Source: Methylophilaceae bacterium (lineage in GTDB: Bacteria; Pseudomonadota; Gammaproteobacteria; Burkholderiales; Methylophilaceae). Taken from it: a stretch of DNA of 59,525 nt. Both the position numbers and the translations under genes were made by a program. The stretch covers positions 1-59,525 of the forward strand of contig JAYVFU010000010.1 in assembly GCA_043772865.1 (NCBI GenBank), given 5' to 3'. Below the pieces are notes generated by a model that was not told where the DNA came from, did not search any database, and saw nothing but the letters and a program-made list of their open reading frames with translations. Below, piece by piece: positions 57,038 to 59,525 of this stretch; positions within the stretch are counted from its first letter, which is position 1, and every line of letters begins with the position of its first letter.

Positions 57038-58195
57038 ATGACACGTATTATAACGCTGCTAGTATTTTGTTGTGTAAGCTTAAATAGTTACGCAGATATA
57101 CTTCAGCTACAAAAAAATCATCCAGAGCGTTATGTCGTGGTTAAAGGAGATACTTTGTGGGATATTTCAGGTAAGTTTCTTAAAAGTCCATGGTTATGGC
57201 CAAAAATTTGGAACATGAATCGTGCTGAAATTAAAAATCCACATTGGATTTATCCAGGGGATGTGGTGGTTTTAGATACCAGTAACGGACAGCCAAAACT
57301 ACGTCTGCTACACGAAACAGTTACCCTAGTACCAGGCGCTATTATTGAGCCACTAGAGAAAAAACCAATACTTAGTATTGCCCCCAATGTCATTACCCCA
57401 TTTCTGAGCCAACCTTTACTGATCGAGAATGGTCAGCTTGATAAATCACCACGCATTATTGCAGGTCAAGATGACCGTTTAGTCTTAAGCCCAGGCACAC
57501 GTGTTTATGTTAATGAATTAGCTCAAGGTCAAGGCGAAAACTGGTTTGTATATCGACCTGGTGACCCATTAATCGACCCAGATACCAATAAAACATTAGG
57601 CACGGAAGCCATTTATTTAGGTGATGCAAAAATTGCTAAATTTGGTACACCTGCTACAGCAGATATCACACGTGCAAAAGAAGAAATTTTTACTAAAGAT
57701 AGATTAATTTCTGCGCCAGATATTTTGCAAACTAATTTTATACCACACGCACCAGATTTAGATATCGTTGGTCGTATTATTAAGATATATGGTGGTATTG
57801 CAGAAGCTGGTCCTAATTCGGTGGTGTCACTTAATCGTGGTAGTTTAGATGGTCTGGAAGTAGGTCATGTTTTAGCGATTAATCGATATGGACGTGTAGT
57901 AAAAGATCCAGAATATGTTGCGCCAAAAGCAGACAATACTAAAACAGAAAAACCAAAACTTTCTGAACTGAATTTTGATGTTACACATGATAAAGATGGC
58001 AAACCAATAGTTAATTTTGCTAAAGATAAGCAAACAGCCCCCAGCCAAGTTGTATTAGAGCCAGGGCAAATTAAATTACCAGATGAACGCATAGGGTTGC
58101 TCATGGTTTTTAAAACATTTGATCATGTATCCTATGCTCTAATTATAGAGGCTACTGAGTCTGTACATACTTTAGATAGTGTTATCAAGCCTTGA
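57038..58195 (+). CDS. LysM peptidoglycan-binding domain protein
   Basis: It has a signal peptide MTRIITLLVFCCVSLNSYA and a LysM domain YVVVKGDTLWDISGKFL. It is divergent from def and upstream of dprA. Confidence 0.88.
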   Translation: MTRIITLLVFCCVSLNSYADILQLQKNHPERYVVVKGDTLWDISGKFLKSPWLWPKIWNMNRAEIKNPHWIYPGDVVVLDTSNGQPKLRLLHETVTLVPGAIIEPLEKKPILSIAPNVITPFLSQPLLIENGQLDKSPRIIAGQDDRLVLSPGTRVYVNELAQGQGENWFVYRPGDPLIDPDTNKTLGTEAIYLGDAKIAKFGTPATADITRAKEEIFTKDRLISAPDILQTNFIPHAPDLDIVGRIIKIYGGIAEAGPNSVVSLNRGSLDGLEVGHVLAINRYGRVVKDPEYVAPKADNTKTEKPKLSELNFDVTHDKDGKPIVNFAKDKQTAPSQVVLEPGQIKLPDERIGLLMVFKTFDHVSYALIIEATESVHTLDSVIKP

Positions 58196-58248
58196 TATAT
58201 CAGAAGAGTCAAATAGATGGATGGTATTAGTTGATTTTTAATTCAGTA

Positions 58249-59388
58249 ATGCCAGATGATGTTGAAAATAATGATGTTTCACTTTGGTTAGGGTTAAGCC
58301 AAATTGATGGTTTAGGCGGTCAAACATTGTGCCAGCTGTTACGTGAGTTTGGTAGCCCTGCACAAATTTATCAGGCTTCGCCTAGCCAGCTAAAGCAAGT
58401 GGTTTCCACTACCATTGCTCATGAAATTGCTAAAGGGTTGGATGTAGATGCGATTCAACCTACGCTAAATTGGTTACAGCACGCAGGTAATCATGTGGTT
58501 ACATTAGCCGATGCACATTACCCACAACTTTTACTACAAATTAGCAATCCACCTCCGATTTTGTATGCAAAAGGTCAACTAGAATGGCTGAATCATCCCA
58601 GTATTGCCATGGTAGGTAGTAGAAGCTCCACTCCGCAAGGCGAAAAAAATGCAGAAGACTTTGCGACCAGCTTGAGCAACTTTGGGTTATGTGTAGTCAG
58701 TGGTTTAGCACTGGGTATTGATGGTGCGGCGCATCGCGGCGCACTGAAAGCCACTGCAAACAATGCAGCGGGTACCATTGCAGTTGTTGGTACTGGCTTA
58801 GATATTGTTTATCCTGCTAAGCACCGTGATTTAGCCCATAAAATTGTGCAACGTGGGTTAATCATTTCTGAATTTCACTTAGGCACGCCATCAAAAGCGC
58901 AAAATTTCCCACGTCGAAATCGTATTATCAGCGGTTTAAGTTTAGGCTGTTTAGTGGTTGAAGCCAATGTGCAAAGTGGCTCACTCATTACTGCAAAACT
59001 TGCCTTAGAGCAGGGGCGCGAGGTGTTTGCTATACCTGGTTCTATTCATTCACCTGTGGCAAAAGGATGTCATTTGCTTATTAAGCAGGGTGCAAAATTA
59101 GTAGAAAATACCCAAGATATTATTGATGAGCTTTCAATTGAAAGCGCTAATCTAGTCAAAATAGAAGCCAAACTCACATCTGAGGTAAATGGTGATTCAG
59201 TTGATAGCGAGCAGTTTAGTGAAACAGATACCCTAATTCAGGCCATGGGTCACTACCCAATTACCATGGATACTTTGATTCGTTTAACTTCACTAACTAC
59301 TGAAAAAATCTCTGCCATGCTCATGATGCTAGAGCTTGAAGGCAAAGTGGCCACGGTGAGTGGTGGGCAATACCAACGTGTTGTTTAA
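58249..59388 (+). CDS. dprA: DNA processing protein DprA (Smf)
   Basis: Contains the Rossmann-like core GSRSSTPQG...SGLALGIDGAAHRGAL...FPRRNRIISGLS. The start is ATG at 58249 or TTG at 58231. Confidence 0.93.
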   Translation: MPDDVENNDVSLWLGLSQIDGLGGQTLCQLLREFGSPAQIYQASPSQLKQVVSTTIAHEIAKGLDVDAIQPTLNWLQHAGNHVVTLADAHYPQLLLQISNPPPILYAKGQLEWLNHPSIAMVGSRSSTPQGEKNAEDFATSLSNFGLCVVSGLALGIDGAAHRGALKATANNAAGTIAVVGTGLDIVYPAKHRDLAHKIVQRGLIISEFHLGTPSKAQNFPRRNRIISGLSLGCLVVEANVQSGSLITAKLALEQGREVFAIPGSIHSPVAKGCHLLIKQGAKLVENTQDIIDELSIESANLVKIEAKLTSEVNGDSVDSEQFSETDTLIQAMGHYPITMDTLIRLTSLTTEKISAMLMMLELEGKVATVSGGQYQRVV

Positions 59389-59418
59389 CTGTTTTTGATG
59401 ATTTTTGGCGCTTAACTA

Positions 59419-59525
59419 TTAACCTTCAATATTTTTAATAATCGTGCTGATAGTTGCCGATTGATTCAGCGTATAAAAATGTAAGCTCGGCACTTCCCAA
59501 GCCATCAATACTTCACAAAGTTCTG
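59419..59525 (-). CDS. metF: C-terminal 34 codons of a methylenetetrahydrofolate reductase-like gene (rest lies beyond the window end)
   Basis: Reverse translation gives ELCEVLMAWEVPSLHFYTLNQSATISTIIKNIEG*. The HFYTLN motif is the MetF C-terminal signature. Confidence 0.6.
   Translation of the reverse strand, partial: ELCEVLMAWEVPSLHFYTLNQSATISTIIKNIEG

Overview
This window is the origin-proximal core chromosome of an AT-rich betaproteobacterium. Gene order and a free-standing pqqA suggest a Methylophilaceae-like methylotroph, but that is inference. The left part, almost all on the minus strand, reads glmU, atpIBEFHAGDC, parAB, rsmG, mnmG, a small plus-strand islet (DUF1924 cytochrome c, cytochrome b561-like protein, about 0.5 kb of non-coding DNA, DUF2853), then mnmE, yidC, yidD, rnpA, rpmH. 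The strand switch falls at rpmH/dnaA and is followed by dnaA, dnaN (no recF) and gyrB. The right part holds alkB, a domain-fused alpha-carbonic anhydrase, PPK2, rubredoxin, katG/oxyR and orphan pqqA. It continues with DUF3426-prmA-accCB-aroQ, tlpA-dsbD, fxsA, a ferredoxin-type reductase, hemDC, algZR-like genes/argH and a PAS-GGDEF-EAL protein. It ends with ntrYX-DUF4390-rsmB-fmt-def, a LysM protein, dprA and the end of metF. I found no tRNA, rRNA, CRISPR array, transposase, integrase or recognisable defence island, and no convincing novel multi-gene system. The best leads are small-scale. Four ParB-type parS sites flank the origin, one embedded in a perfect 34-bp palindrome that also looks like a terminator. 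An unexplained 495-nt non-coding stretch carries a G9 tract. A 4 x 15-nt tandem repeat sits inside the atp operon. rnpA has no canonical start codon and carries an intrinsic terminator in its first codons. The alpha-carbonic anhydrase is fused to an extra N-terminal domain, and a His zinc ligand is replaced by Asp. A GC-rich REP-like palindromic element lies upstream of argH. The NtrX-like regulator has a degenerate AAA+ core. Four genes missing from the ORF track because they are short were read directly from the sequence: rpmH, pqqA, rubredoxin and a 22-codon Lys-rich ORF.
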